A stretch of 62,362 nt of DNA, the filler included, from Basidioascus undulatus (lineage: Eukaryota), in NCBI GenBank assembly GCA_000826855.1. It is 11 parts of 11 records of this genome, joined end to end, with 100 filler letters (N's around TTAATTAATTAA, not from the genome) between each part and the next. Parts side by side here need not be neighbours in the genome. Positions count along the whole stretch, not along the records: positions 36,109 to 39,795 come from JTLS01002352.1; positions 39,896 to 43,566 come from JTLS01002353.1; positions 43,667 to 47,333 come from JTLS01002354.1; positions 47,434 to 51,092 come from JTLS01002356.1; 7 more parts are not named here. One strand, written 5' to 3'. Each line of letters opens with the position of its first letter. Position 1 is the stretch's first letter. The position numbers and the translations under genes are program-made. This document shows, piece by piece, positions 38,110 to 50,504 of the stretch. A model generated the notes under the pieces. It ran no database searches, was not told the DNA's origin, and saw only the letters and a program-made list of their open reading frames with translations.

Positions 38110-38800
38110 TCAGCCACAATGCTCTGTAGGGGATGTCAAACTTGCAACCAGTGAATTGCCATTGCAAGCAAGTTGCATGTGTTGCACCTCTGGAGGTGCA
38201 ATGCACAGGCAAGTATGGTTCTGCATGATGGTGAGGGTGGCCTGATTGTCACCATAGATAATGGTTGGAGCACAAGGTGGAAGACAAAGCCCAGAGAGGA
38301 AGACATGGAGCCACATGGCCTTCTTGGCAGCATTGCAGAGACTGACATACTTGGACTCAGAGCTGGAGAGCGTGACATTTGGCATGTGGTTGGAGGACCA
38401 TGTGACAGCACTGCCAGCAAGGATGAAGGCATAGCCCATGACTGAACATGGCTGACTGCTGTAGTCTGAGTCAGAGAAGCCATGGATGATGCTGTTGCCG
38501 TGGACATTGGTGTGATGATAGGTGAGTGAGAGGTTGTGTGTCCCTTTGACATATCAGAGGACCTGGCTGAGAGCCACCCAGTGTGCTGATGTTGGATGTG
38601 AGGCAAACTGCCTGAGGTATGAGACAGCAAAGGTGAGGCCTGGGTACATGCTACAGGTGGCATACATGAGTGAGCTGAGTGCCTACTGGTAGGGTGCATC
38701 TGTATGCAGGTCATTTGATGCACTCAAGCTTGAGGCCAGTCTCAATTGATGTGGTAACAGCATTGCAGTCAGACATTCTGAAGCTGGGAATGTGTTCCAG
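38110..38800 (-). mobile_element. Degenerate Ty1/copia retrotransposon, RT C-terminus and RNase H
   Basis: PYQ*ALSSLMYATCSMYPGLTFAVSYLRQFASHPTSAHWVALSQVL*YVKGT...GFSDSDY...GYAFILAGSAVTWSS...VTLSSSESKYVSLCNAAKKAMWL...IYGDNQA; in-frame stops; CpG-depleted. Confidence 0.9.
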
Positions 38801-39589
38801 CAGTGAGAGATGATCTCCAAAGTTTCAGACATGTCCTTGAGCCTGAAGTAGTGTGGGGAGAACAACAGGTCCGTCACATGGAGTTTGATGCAAACACCTC
38901 TGCCGCCACTCAGCACTCCAGTGTGTACTGAAAAGACTCTCAAGCATACTGCTCCAAAGCTCCTTCTCACTGCCACCCTATGCCACCTGTGCCCATCTCC
39001 TGCACTGGATTACACTACTCAGGCCTGGTTCAGGTCAAGGGTACACATTGAGGCATTTTCTGAAATGGAATGGCAGCTTTGTATGTGATGCAAGGGAAAG
39101 TAAGGAGGGAGGGTGAAAGGATAGCATGTGAGGCTGAACATGATGCTGTGTGTGGTGAGTGGTGACGAGGACTCATTGTGCATGGTAGCTATGAGTGTGG
39201 GAGTGCAGTTGGTTGATAGATAGAGAATGTGAATGTGGGCAGCCAGTTTGGTGACAGAGGGGACATTGACAGTGATGCGGTAGTAGCTGGAACGCAGGTT
39301 CATGGGCGAGACATGGAATGCATGTGGAATGAGGAACTGATGGTAAATGGCCTGTGAGAAATAGACATGAGCACAGTCATGGCATGTCACCTGCAGTGAT
39401 TATGCTCCCCTAGTCAAAGGTGCCTTTTCTTCAGTGCTGGTGCCTGGTTCGAGGAGGTACATGTGTCACTCATTGAATGTGTTGTGGACCTGTCGAAACA
39501 CTGATTACAGTTGTGATAATGACAAAGACTGAGAGCATGTGGTCAAGCGCACCTCTAATATGGCAAGTGTCATGAATACCCCACCCAGT

Positions 39590-39730
39590 CCAACCCCTGA
39601 CAACTGTCACCCTTGTCACCTCCCCTGTCACATTCCTGGCCTCCCCTGTTGCACTGCCCTCCCCAGTCACACTCCCACTCTCCCCAGTCACACTCCTGCC
39701 CTCCCCAGTCACACTCCCACCCTCCCCTGC
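39590..39730. repeat. Degenerate 18-21 nt minisatellite (CTCCCCAGTCACACTCC-like)
   Basis: About six imperfect tandem copies. Confidence 0.75.
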
Positions 39731-39795
39731 CTCTTGGCAACACAGCCCTTCTGGTAGCTATAAGAGTGCCCACTTACCCTCTACTTGCTCCCCAT

Positions 39796-39895
39796 NNNNN
39801 NNNNNNNNNNNNNNNNNNNNNNNNNNNNNNNNNNNNNNNTTAATTAATTAANNNNNNNNNNNNNNNNNNNNNNNNNNNNNNNNNNNNNNNNNNNN
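39796..39895. other. Artificial contig spacer
   Basis: N44-TTAATTAATTAA-N44. Confidence 0.98.
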
Positions 39896-39947
39896 TATCT
39901 TTTGTAGTTCCCTCGACCCAAAGTCTGACACCCCCCACAAAACGCAG

Positions 39948-40545
39948 ACCTCCTCCGCGCCTCCCTCTCCTTCCTCCCCGCCCTGCACCCTTTCGCTCTC
40001 CCCGAAGAAGCCTCGCCCGACCTACAGGCGTTCGGGAGCATCAAGAGCGAGGCGCTGCGGCTTTTGGGGGTTCTCGCTTCCGCAGATGCAGAAAGAGATG
40101 GGGAAGATGGGGATGGGGGACAGTATGTGAGGCGGCGTGTTGGAGAGTCCGGGGGGTTGGAGGTCGTCATGAGCTGTACGAGGGCGGACAAGCGGGAACC
40201 CTGTACGTCTTGTGTCTGTCCCCTCCCCTCCCCTCTTCTTTCCTCTTTCCCACCTTCCCACTTCTGCCCGCGCCCTTCCCATCTTCTATCTTCCCACATT
40301 TCCCCTTCCTCCCGCCTTCTTCCCACCTTTCTCCCCCCGCCCCTCCGCGCTGACAACTTTTTGAATGGGGAGCAGATCTCCGCGAGCACGCCCTCTTCGC
40401 CCTCTCTCTCCTGCTCAAGGACCACCCGGCAAACCAAGCGATCGTCGCGCGTGTGGGGGACACGCCGGTGGGGGTGCTGGACGAGTCGGGAAGGGTGCGG
40501 GATATCCCGGACGAGGTGCGGGAGAAACTGCGGGGGAGGGGATGA
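39948..40545 (+). CDS. Ataxin-10 domain protein (Ctr86-like), last two exons
   Basis: IKSEALRLLGVLA...V...GGLEVVMSCTRADKREP-YLREHALFALSLLLKDHPANQAIV matches the ataxin-10 C-terminal motif. Confidence 0.8.
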
Positions 40546-41989
40546 GGCGAAGGGGGGCCGTGAGGGGCGTGGGAGATGCGTGGGAGGGTGGAGTATTTAC
40601 GTAAGTTTCTGTGAGAACTGGGGCTGAGAGGAGGGACAAGAGAGGCGCGTTGGTGGGGAGGGGGACGATGCAGGTCGGCTGCGTGCGTCCGTGGGGTGGC
40701 CGTACAGCGTCGCTTATGACTGTGCGCATAATCTTCCGCCAAGGCCAAACGTGCGAAGAGCTGCAGTGGGTAACGTTGTCGTTGAAATCATGATCTCTGA
40801 CTGGAATATTTTCTGAGAGGAAGAAATATGCCCGAAGCGACAACTGCACAGGTTATAGATCCGCGGGTGCAGCTGAAACAGGCCAGTTCGCATGAATGGC
40901 CAACCCTGAGCCGACCGGCACGGTCGCGCTTCCCTTATGAAAATTGGAGCGTAATGGAGTGTTTATGTTGCGAGAGCGGAAGGATGGCACAAACGGACTC
41001 ATAGAGTGGTGATATATCCCAGTGACTGAAGGAGAACTACCCTGCATGCAAGCCTCCTGACCGCTGTGTTGCGAAGCGTCCTCCCTCTAGCCTCCATGTA
41101 CTCCCCTTCTGTTAGGTGAGCATAATCCTCTAGAGCCAGGTCCGTCAGAACGCGAGCAAGTGGGTGCGTTCGAAGGATCCCAAACTTGACGCAGCGGCGC
41201 ATGACCGGCACGAAAACACAGCGATGGCGCTCGGTGCCGCATCGCGCAGCAAAGACACGAGGGGTTCATGCAATTTTTGAATACCCTCGCCCCCAACTGC
41301 AGCTTAGACCACCGAATCTTCACAGGAGTGACCGTCACGGCAACATGCAATCGTACCCTCACTGCGCCAGCCAGTCCGCAGTCTCCCTTTCGTAACTACG
41401 CCCGTCAAACGCTCGCTGTATTCCCCTAGCCGGCTCAAAAGGCAGAGAATTCCGAAGTAAAAGGATTGATGGAGTAAATTGTTTTCTACTCCCTCCTCTG
41501 ATGGCAGATGGATGCTGAGAGAACAGTTGGTACTCGCCGGGCCGTCAGAGGCCCCAATCGGCGGCAGATAATATGGACGGTATGACAGAGCATAGCTCGC
41601 TCTGCAGCAGTCAGGTTGGACCGCGCAAATTAGTATGTCTCGATGAGACTGCGTTCACAGCAGCTTACGAACCTCTGCGGTCTGTTACAGAAGAGAAAGG
41701 GTGGCGCATATGGTCGGACACAGCCACGGAAAGCAGCCTCTTCAGACAATTAATCCAGAACGTTGTCGGAATGAAAAGTGTGTTTCAACAACTTGTTTTA
41801 TTTCTACGTGAGCATACCGGCCAGGTGTGAACTGTAGGTCAAAGTCGGAGGGCGCCACGAAGCGGCGGGCTAACTTGCATCTACTGCGTCGACATACTGA
41901 ATGACTGGAAATATTTGAACTGGGCCGTGGACTCAATTTCCAAATATTGTCGTCAGCGCATTGAATCAAACTGGGGAAGGCCTGACCGA

Positions 41990-43061
41990 CCCGCGGCACG
42001 CAAACGCAACGCGCAGAAACACAAACGCGCCTTCAAGATGCGCCGCGCGCCCCTTGTTCGCTCTTGGACCGGTACCACCACCTGCTTCCTGCACGAGCTG
42101 TTGACCCTCGCGCTTCATCATACGAGCTTCATTCGAGCTCATCAAGTCTTCGACCATGCCCTCGCTCTCCCCGTTGACGCCCTCTCGCTTTCGATAGCCG
42201 TCAAGGCGCAACCTGCCTTTGCGGGCGGACTCGATTTCCTCGCATTAGGCAACGGTGTCGCTTCGAGCACTCTAGTAATCGGACGCCCGCAGTTTCTTTG
42301 GACTTCCTCATTGCCATCCTTACCTCCGCCCAACGATGCACCACCGGCGGTGGAGCACGCCCTGTTCAGCCTCGCTGCGCGGGGCGAGCTCCTCGATCTC
42401 ATTGCGGACATGCTCGTCGGCTGGGCGGTACAGGCAGTGCAGAAGGAGATCATATCATATCGGGCTACTTGGCACAGCAAGGGGCGCAAGTGGGGGAGCA
42501 AGCCGTCGGAGTGGGCACACTGCCGGGACTGCATTGAGTGACTCTTGCACGAATACACGGAGCACCGCTTCACGCACGGCCAGGCCCGCGAGGCTTCGAA
42601 CTTTCTTCGTAGGGTGCGTTCCATTTCACTTTCTTTGAAGTCACGGGGGAAAATTTCATCTGACCATCGGTGCTTCGGAACCAGTATGGCCTACAGCTCG
42701 TCTCGCGCAGCAACTCGTCCTTCGGCACGTCTATCTCATCGCTTGCTCGAACATCGGACTCGCCGTTCCGCCCATCCCGCACGGTTTTGTGGTTGCTCAG
42801 GATACCAAGGCGATGACGTACTTGAGCACGCGTCCGTTCGAGCTTGCCGTCGAGCGCTTCCAACTGCCGGTCGTCCCGCCAGAGGACCTTGTTCCTGGAG
42901 GCAGCGCCTCGCTCTCCCAGACCACGCTTGGCAGAGCCGTCATCATGGCTTCCACCCTCAAGAACTACTCGAGTCTCCCGGGAAAGCTGCTGCCGCTCAC
43001 ATTGCACGGCGTCGTCGACCTGGGGTTGAACGGGGTGAATGACGGGGGGCGCCTCGTCTGA
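41990..43061 (+). pseudogene. Degenerate hypothetical gene or element of unknown family
   Basis: Long coding-like frame broken by an in-frame TGA at 42539-42541, with GT-AG-like introns downstream; no recognisable domain. Confidence 0.3.
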
Positions 43062-43566
43062 TGCAGAGATTCATTCGGTGGAGCACATCGATTATCGGTA
43101 GCCAAATGTAAAGTGTAAATGTGATTGAGAATGAGAGGGACCAAATGGACGCCGTGCCAGCTGTGGACTGCATGTCGGAGGGTGAACAGAACGTGTATCG
43201 ATGTCGTCTAGTGGCAGCTCAGGCGGATTCGGAAGGTGAAATTGCAACTGTCAGACCTGAACAAGATGGAACCAGGACATTACGCCTCAAAAACAAGCAG
43301 GGCGCAGCTGTTACGGTTGCGGCCGACGCGGACGATCCCGAAACCTCATGAAAGCCTTTGAGGAACGTTTCGACCAGAAACCAAGCTCGTATAGTGTAGC
43401 TGAGAATGATTTACTGGATACAACGACATGTCTGAGGAGGTATCTTAATCCCATTTGCCTTGTCTGTTGCGTCCTCTGTCGCCATAAAGCGCAGAGCATA
43501 TGGGCAGTGCGAGCGCTTTTCGATTCAGTACAACACAAGATGGGTATGTGGGAACGAATTGACGGT

Positions 43567-43666
43567 NNNNNNNNNNNNNNNNNNNNNNNNNNNNNNNNNN
43601 NNNNNNNNNNTTAATTAATTAANNNNNNNNNNNNNNNNNNNNNNNNNNNNNNNNNNNNNNNNNNNN
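43567..43666. other. Artificial contig spacer
   Basis: N44-TTAATTAATTAA-N44. Confidence 0.98.
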
Positions 43667-43755
43667 TTACCTCTCCCTCCCACACTCCTCCGCAACACCC
43701 GCAACTTTCCGCCCCTTCCTCATCCCCTATTCCCTCCCCTCCCTCCTCCCACCAG

Positions 43756-44237
43756 CACACAAGACCCTCCTCCGCCACAAGACGTACCTGAACGGGCGCC
43801 TCGCTTGGGCCGCGCAGCTGCCTATCGTCTCGCCCCCTCTCTCCTCCTCCTCCAAGGGAGGAGAGCAGCGGTTCTACCTTGCCGGAACGATCCGGCTCGT
43901 GTTCAGCCCGGGGCTGCCTGAGAAGGCGGATAGCACGGAGACGGTGTGCGAGACGCCGGGGGAGGCGGTGCCCTATTCGGGGGCACCGAGGGAGTGGAGG
44001 GAACGGCGCGCGCGTCGTAAGCGCGCTGAGGAAGAGGAAGAGGTGTTTAGGATGGATGGGCCCGGGAGAGGAGGACGGGGTGGGGAGAGGAGGTACCTCC
44101 TTGCGCCGTACTCGCCGTCCCCTGCAGCTCCTACGAGCACGAACGAGCTCCGCCTCCCCCCCTCGGAGGAGGACACCGACGCTGTTCTGAGCCGCTTTGG
44201 AAGGCTCGGGCTCGGGCAGCATAACGCTGGTCGATAA
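43756..44237 (+). CDS. FAM214/Atos-like protein, C-terminal domain, last exon
   Basis: HKTLLRHKTY..GRLAWAAQL...RFYLAGTIRLVFSP..PEKADSTETVCETP...PYS resembles the recalled KT.LRQ...LRYA.HL...YL...IR.VF motif. Confidence 0.5.
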
Positions 44238-46482
44238 CCGGCCTCATCTTCCTTCTCCGTTCTTCGTTTCTCCCTTCGTTTCTCCCTTTGTGCCACCTTC
44301 CCATACGATCGCCTTCTTCGTACAACCGCTATCACTTCCCAACCTGTCCGTCTCCTCGTTCTTCTACCCCTTCTCGGTTTCGCATCTCTTCACCCTCGTA
44401 CCCACGCATCTTCGCATCCCCCGCCCTTGTCTTCGAGTTCCCCCTCCACATTGTACGCACACTCCCTCCGCTCGCATCACCTCGTACATCGCATAGTCGC
44501 TCGTCCCCACACTGCATCGCATATCACATGAATCGAGGTTGTTTATCAAATCAAGTCTTTTCGTGCCCGGTTCCGCTCGTGGGCGTTAAGCGGTTCGAGG
44601 CGGTTGAGTGTGACTACTATGCGGGCTAGAAAAGCGGCTGAGTCTCCGTTCGCGAAACGCAATGCGCAGTGCGCCGCAGCGCACATCGAGGAGCAAGGCT
44701 GCAGGCGTCTTCTCTACGCCTTCACCTACCCCTTCCTTCCTGCTCGGTTCAGCCGCCTCTCCTCCTAACACGCGTCAGCATTTCCCTTCCCTCGAGTCTT
44801 TCCGCTTGTCCATTTAATTGCTCCAGGTTCCACCCACTGAAGTTCTCCTTCCGAGGTGGGTCAGCCACACCTGCGACGTGGGGCCGTGTTCTGTCAGCGC
44901 TCTCTGATTGCGTTTTCGTCCCCCGCTTCGTAGATTTGGCTGGTGGCTCGTCCGTCTCCGGCGACCTTTGGGCAGGGTCGTCCAGCAATGCAGTGCCGAT
45001 GTGCAGCAGCTCCGACATTGCAGCCTGCATGGGGGGTACTGCTTCAAGTGGAAACGTCGTCCTCACCAGTTCTGCAGATGCAGCACAAGGCAGGATTCTT
45101 GTTGACGACTGGTCTCGGACTAACATTGCCCCTCGGAAAGGTCTGCGCCGGATCGGAACCTTGTCGAGAAGAAGCAACTAAGTGGGTGAGATACGTGTGT
45201 GGTTTTTTGCTTGTGAGCTACAGCCGCTGCTGGTTTCGTCGCAGTCGATCAGCTGCAAGAGGTCAGGGATCGGTCGGCTCGCGATGTTAGTTAACTACCA
45301 TGCTATATCACAGGGCACGAAAACATGCATAGAACGTAGCTAGCTGTGGATAGCCACATTCGTTCCCAAGCCTGTCTCCCTTCACCGTTGAACACCGAGC
45401 TCCTCCGGACGCACCGCTCTCCCTTTGCCATCGATAAAAACAGATCCCTTTTTCCAGCCCGCAAGGAAGATTTTCAAACGAAACCCTGCACGCCGCCTTG
45501 CAACGAGAAGTCTTCAACCATCGAGACGTTAGTGGGTCTCATTCCATCGAATACGAGCTCTTGGACCTTTCCAGCCGAGATGTACTTGAGGCCAGGCAAA
45601 GCCAAAATATCGAGGCTATCGATGTTGGAAATTACAGCATCATGTTGTTCTCTTGCGTAGGGAAACATGGCAACTCGAGAGTCTCTATCACGGGATGAGG
45701 CAGGGTATCGACAGCGTGGGGGTGCACGATGCTGCGCGGTCGAAATCGACAGAGTGAAGGGCAGATCTCGGCCAGAGGCAGGGAGGCGCCGCGACTGCCG
45801 CGGGTGTGGGCGGATGATAGGAGCGAGAGGTCGGTCAGCGAGTGCCCGACGGCGCGGAGAGCCCGAACAGCCCGTGTGAGGCGTGGAACGAGTCGATCTC
45901 CAAGAACATCAATTGGCTATCAAGATAGGGAAGGAGATAAGAGAACAAATGCTCCTGACGACGGCGAGGAGAAAGACTGGATGAGGAGCAGTACTTCGGC
46001 TGTCGGTGCGACCGCGCACGCTTGCAGATTACTCGAGTGTCTGCACGCTGCCCCTATCTTCGCTCCTCCATGTCCAGGCTCCCGCGAGTCCGGCCAACAA
46101 CGTAGTCACCGACGCGCACTGAACACTGTTCGGCGCGTCAGACGGTTCTAATAGTGGACTCGAGTTGCCATGAGGCGCGGAGGTGCCCCGTTGCAAATGG
46201 GAGCGTGGCGCCGAGAACATGTTCCATAGCGAGGACAGAGAGCGAGTGCATGCTCAGTTCCTCTGCGGGGCTGCACGTCGTGCATGACTCGCACCCGAGG
46301 CTGCGACTCATCTGCGCTCCCGGCGCAGCCTCACAGCCTCACACCCGCCCAATCACGCGCACACACTCCCAAAATTCGGCAGCTTACGAGCATGAATGTT
46401 CGTCGCGGGCACTGCCAGCCGCGTCCACCGATCGATTCCATCCATAGCCCCCAAGCTCAGGCGAGAGCATGAAGCGTGGCGC

Positions 46483-47252
46483 TTAAGCCTCGTCCTCCGA
46501 CGCCTCCTCGGCGCCGGGGAAGTCGACCGAGTAGAAGCGGAGCTCGTAGACGTCCTTAGCAGTCGCGACCACGCGCAGCCAGTCCTTGAGCTGGTTCTTG
46601 CGGAGGTACTTCTCTGTGGGGGACGGACGAGGGTCTAGTCAGCACCCAGGAATGAAAGCAAGGAAGAGGAAAGGAGAGAGAAAGCAGAGGACGAGGAGGG
46701 AGAGGGCGAGAAGAGGGAGGGGGAGGGGCGGAGTGGCCACTAAGATGGGGGATGGAAGGAGAGAAGACGCACTCGTGAGGTACTTGAGGTACCGCTTGGA
46801 GAAGGGGATGGAGGAGGTCACGACGAGCTTGTTCTCGCCCTGCTTGGCGATCTTGACGTTCTCGCCCAGCTGGCCAGTCTTGCCGCTGCACGCACGTCCC
46901 ACCACTCCATCAGTCCAACCATCCCAAAACACAGTCGCGGAAAAAGGAGAAAAGGCAGAACGGGGAGGGGGACGCACTCGACCTTGATGCGGTCACGGAG
47001 GAACTGCTCAAACGCAGCGCCGTCGAAGATCTTGTCCTCCGCGGGGCGGGAGAAGTCGATCACGAACTTGTGCGACGGCTTGGTGGTCTTAGCGGCGGCG
47101 GCCTTGGGCTGTTCACCGCACGAATCGGAATCGATCGCCCATAGGGATGAATTCGAAGCCGAGGCGAATTGAATCAGAGCAGAAGAGAAAGGGGTGGTTG
47201 CAGTATGTCAGAGCCAGCTGAGACGGTTCCTCAATCTGAGCATACGCACCAT
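46483..47252 (-). CDS. RPL22: 60S ribosomal protein L22 (eL22)
   Basis: ATG|intron|[50 protein letters not shown]...[38 protein letters not shown]...EDEA*. Confidence 0.96.
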
Positions 47253-47333
47253 CTTGAACTGGGGCTAAAGGGGAGTCAGCTTCCGTGCGCTGAGGGGAAA
47301 GAGGGGGTAGGGAGAGAAGGAGGGGGAGCCGAA

Positions 47334-47433
47334 NNNNNNNNNNNNNNNNNNNNNNNNNNNNNNNNNNNNNNNNNNNNTTAATTAATTAANNNNNNNNNNN
47401 NNNNNNNNNNNNNNNNNNNNNNNNNNNNNNNNN
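47334..47433. other. Artificial contig spacer
   Basis: N44-TTAATTAATTAA-N44. Confidence 0.98.
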
Positions 47434-47585
47434 CGTCCTCCTCCCCCCCCCCCCCCCCCTCTCTCCCTTCCCATCTTCCCCACCTCCTCTCCCTCTCCCC
47501 CTGCCCTTCCTTCCCTTCCTCCCCTCTTTTCTTCCCCCTTCTCCCTTCTTCTTTCTTCCTTCGATACTGACGCGCCTCGCTCCAG

Positions 47586-47824
47586 CCATCCTCGCCCTCC
47601 TCTTCACCTGCCTCCTAGCCTGCTGCGCCTGCTGCGCCGGCAGAAAGGTCAAGCGCGTGCTCGACGAGGAATCCGCTGACGAGCCTCCAGCGTGGGAGCG
47701 GGAGGTGGAGGTTGATATTGTGCAGGTTGGGGAGATTGGCGAGATTGTTGTGGAGGGGGAGGAGGAGGAGGAAGAGGAGAAGAGTGAGGAGGGCAAGGGA
47801 GAGAAGGGCAAGGAGGTGGTGTGA
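47586..47824 (+). CDS. Last exon of a membrane protein (TM end, Cys cluster, acidic tail)
   Basis: CTGAC...CAG acceptor, then ILALLFTCLLACCACCAGRKVKR...EEEEEE...EVV*. Confidence 0.45.
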
Positions 47825-48164
47825 AGTGCTCTGAAAGGTTATCGTGGATGCGTTGCGCAGTACTTCCAAGACGCACAGTGGGCCTGCCGTGATAGCCTGG
47901 AAGCTACCGTCCAGCTGATCGCGAAGGGTCCCGTGGTCGTGAAGGCTCCCGTGGTTAGAATTTCCTCCTCAGGACGGGGTGATAGGGTTGTAGTTGCCTG
48001 CAGTTAATATTCTGAGGTTCGGGAACCGCAGCAGGTCAGGGAGGTGAACGCCCTCTAGTTGACAGGCCACCGACCGCCCGGATTTTGCAAAAGGCTTGCC
48101 CGCAACGCATGAATTTTAGAAAACAGCACCAGGACCATACAAACCAGCTCCCCGATGTCCTTCT

Positions 48165-50504
48165 TCAGTAATCCCCAAACCCGTCCTCCCCCTCAGCGGC
48201 GTTCCACAAGGACACGTCCGCTGCAGGAACCTGGTCGCCGAGCGGGTTCCATTCCGCAGGCGAACCAAAGTGCCTCTGGACCTCCCAGACACTGCGTAAA
48301 CCCTTTCGTCAGATTGCATGCTCGGGCAATGAGTTTACGATTCGCAACGTTGTGCCGGATACCCCTCAATCTGCGACCTGCCGAACTCGACAGCTTCGTT
48401 CGACAGCCAGCCGACGAACTTGCGGACGAGATCTGGAATGGGTTTCAGCAAGCTTTCTCCTATCTAGCCCTCCAAAGCTTTGAATTACCATTCGTTCCGT
48501 CCGGCCCAAGGACGTTGAACGCCTTGCCCGGGATGCGGCCCTCGTGCGCCGCATGGTATTCGGACCACTGCGTGCTCTGGCTGGGAAGGCGTGCGGTGCC
48601 GCTCCAGACTTTGGCGGCTGCCGTAGACTGGTACTCGGCCAGGCGGAAGGGTCCGGCGATGAAGATGTTTTCTGACAGGGTGATACGACAGGTCAGTACG
48701 GCACGGCAGAAGATTCATTGCGGTGACTGCTCGCACGGACGGTGAACGCTAGCGTCGGGTCGGGGATGTAGAAGGTGTCGAGATAACTGAAAGTTCCTCC
48801 CTTTTAGTTAAACGTCCCTCGATATCGGGGCGTTATGCACTCACAGGTTTTGTACGTGAGAGCCATCGGTCACGACGGGGAACTGGTTGCTCGCGACGGC
48901 GTCGTCCGAATGCAGGTGCTGAAGGAAGGGGAACGTGCGGGTCTGCAGTGAAAGAGAAGGTGTTCGGAAACTGTTGATGAAGGGGGGACTAAATCTGGGG
49001 AACCTCTCACATATCCAGTAGCCAAGATGACCCTGACAATCCCATGCAGAACCGTGCCGTTCTTGAGCAGCAGGGAAGACCCGTCCTCGAAGTACTCTGC
49101 GACTTCGGGGACGACGTGCGACTTTCGGGGAAGGCGCCCGGTGATGTAGTCTTTGCGATAGTCGGAGGAGGAAGCGTTCTGAAATCCCAGTGGAACAGGC
49201 TGTCAGCTTCATGAGCACGACCTTGTGGGGAACAAGAACAAACTCGGATGGACTGATAGATCGTCTTGGCGAAGGGACTTCAATTTTGCGGAAGGTCAGC
49301 GATCAGAGGCAGACTGGATACCAGATGAGGGGAGATTAACGCACCCAATCTCCTTAGCAATATCCACTCCCGACGTCGCTGCCCCGACAATCAAAACCGT
49401 CTCATTCGTATACCCCTCGGGGTGCCGATACTCTCTCGAATGCACCACCTTCCCCTCCTCCCGCTCCGCCCACTGCCTCAGCCCCTTGGTGCGGGGGACG
49501 TTCGCCGCATTATACCTCCCGCTCGCAACAAGTAGCGCGTCGAACTTCCTGCCACCAGGTAATGTTGGCCGACTGGCCGTCCTTGGAGGGGACGAACTTC
49601 CGGAGCGTGAGCGTCCACCCGCGGGGCGTGCGTTCGGCGAGCTCGACGCGCGTAGAGTAGGAGATGAGCGAGGAAGAGAGCGGGTCGTTGGAGTTGAGGC
49701 CTTTGAAGGAGGCGTAGGCGCGGACATAGGCTTGAACACGCGAGTGATGTTGGGCTTGAGAAGGAACCAAAAGTCAGTATTTTCTGAAGGAGAAAAACAA
49801 AAAGGGTGTTCGCACTCCAGGCGGTATCCGAAGGCCAGGGCAGCTCCCGGATGGTATGCAGCGGTTTTAACGACCTCTCAGTGAGCCACGGTCAATTCAG
49901 AGCGGTTCTGATAATCGTGGACGTACAATCGGGTTGTTGTTGTGCAGTCCAGCGTACACCGCTCTCGGCAACCAATGTGCTCTCCATTCCCGCTCGACCG
50001 CCTCGGGGCCCTCGATCGACTCCGAGTGCGGGAACGACGATGGCGGAGATGGCTTGAAGTCCGCTTCGGACGGGGCAACGTCGTCGTAGGACGCCGGAAG
50101 AGGCGTCTGCTCGGTGTAGTACCAGTTGCCGCCTGTAGAAAGCGCCCCAGACGTCACTTTGTCAGTGGGTTAGTGGTGTGGCATACAGATTGACCGTATG
50201 CGTACCGGGGTGCGGTGCGCGCTCGAACGCCCGAACAGTCAGGTTGTGGTCCAACAGCGCCCCCGTAGCGATCAAGCCGCTGCAGACGAGGTCGTCAACG
50301 TTGCGCTCTCGAGAGAATCTCTTGGATCGTCACTTACGAGACACCCGCACCCACCACCGCAACCCGCTCGATATTTTTGCTAAATTTAAAATGGGCTCCA
50401 TCAGACCCGAAGGTGGCTTCGCCCTCACGGTCCAGCGGGAGCTGTTGGGGCGCAGCGAGGGCGCCGATGAAGAAAAGGCTCGTAAGGAGCGCGATGCGTT
50501 GCAT
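48165..50504 (-). CDS. Class B flavin-containing monooxygenase with N-terminal signal peptide; frameshift near 49547
   Basis: VAVVGAGVSGL (FAD), GGNW.Y, FDALLVASGRY, VVHSREYR (FMO motif), VLIVGAATSG (NADPH), ILATGY, FYIPDPTLAF, EYQS.AAAKVWSG.ARLPS. Confidence 0.85.

Noticed and set aside
47110..47249. RPL22 first intron as a snoRNA host or autoregulatory hairpin
   Set aside because: No convincing C/D or H/ACA boxes or stable stem seen by eye; would need Infernal and folding analysis.
48155..48745. 196-aa plus-strand ORF
   Set aside because: Antisense to the C-terminal exons of the FMO (EYQSTAAAKVWSGTARLPS).
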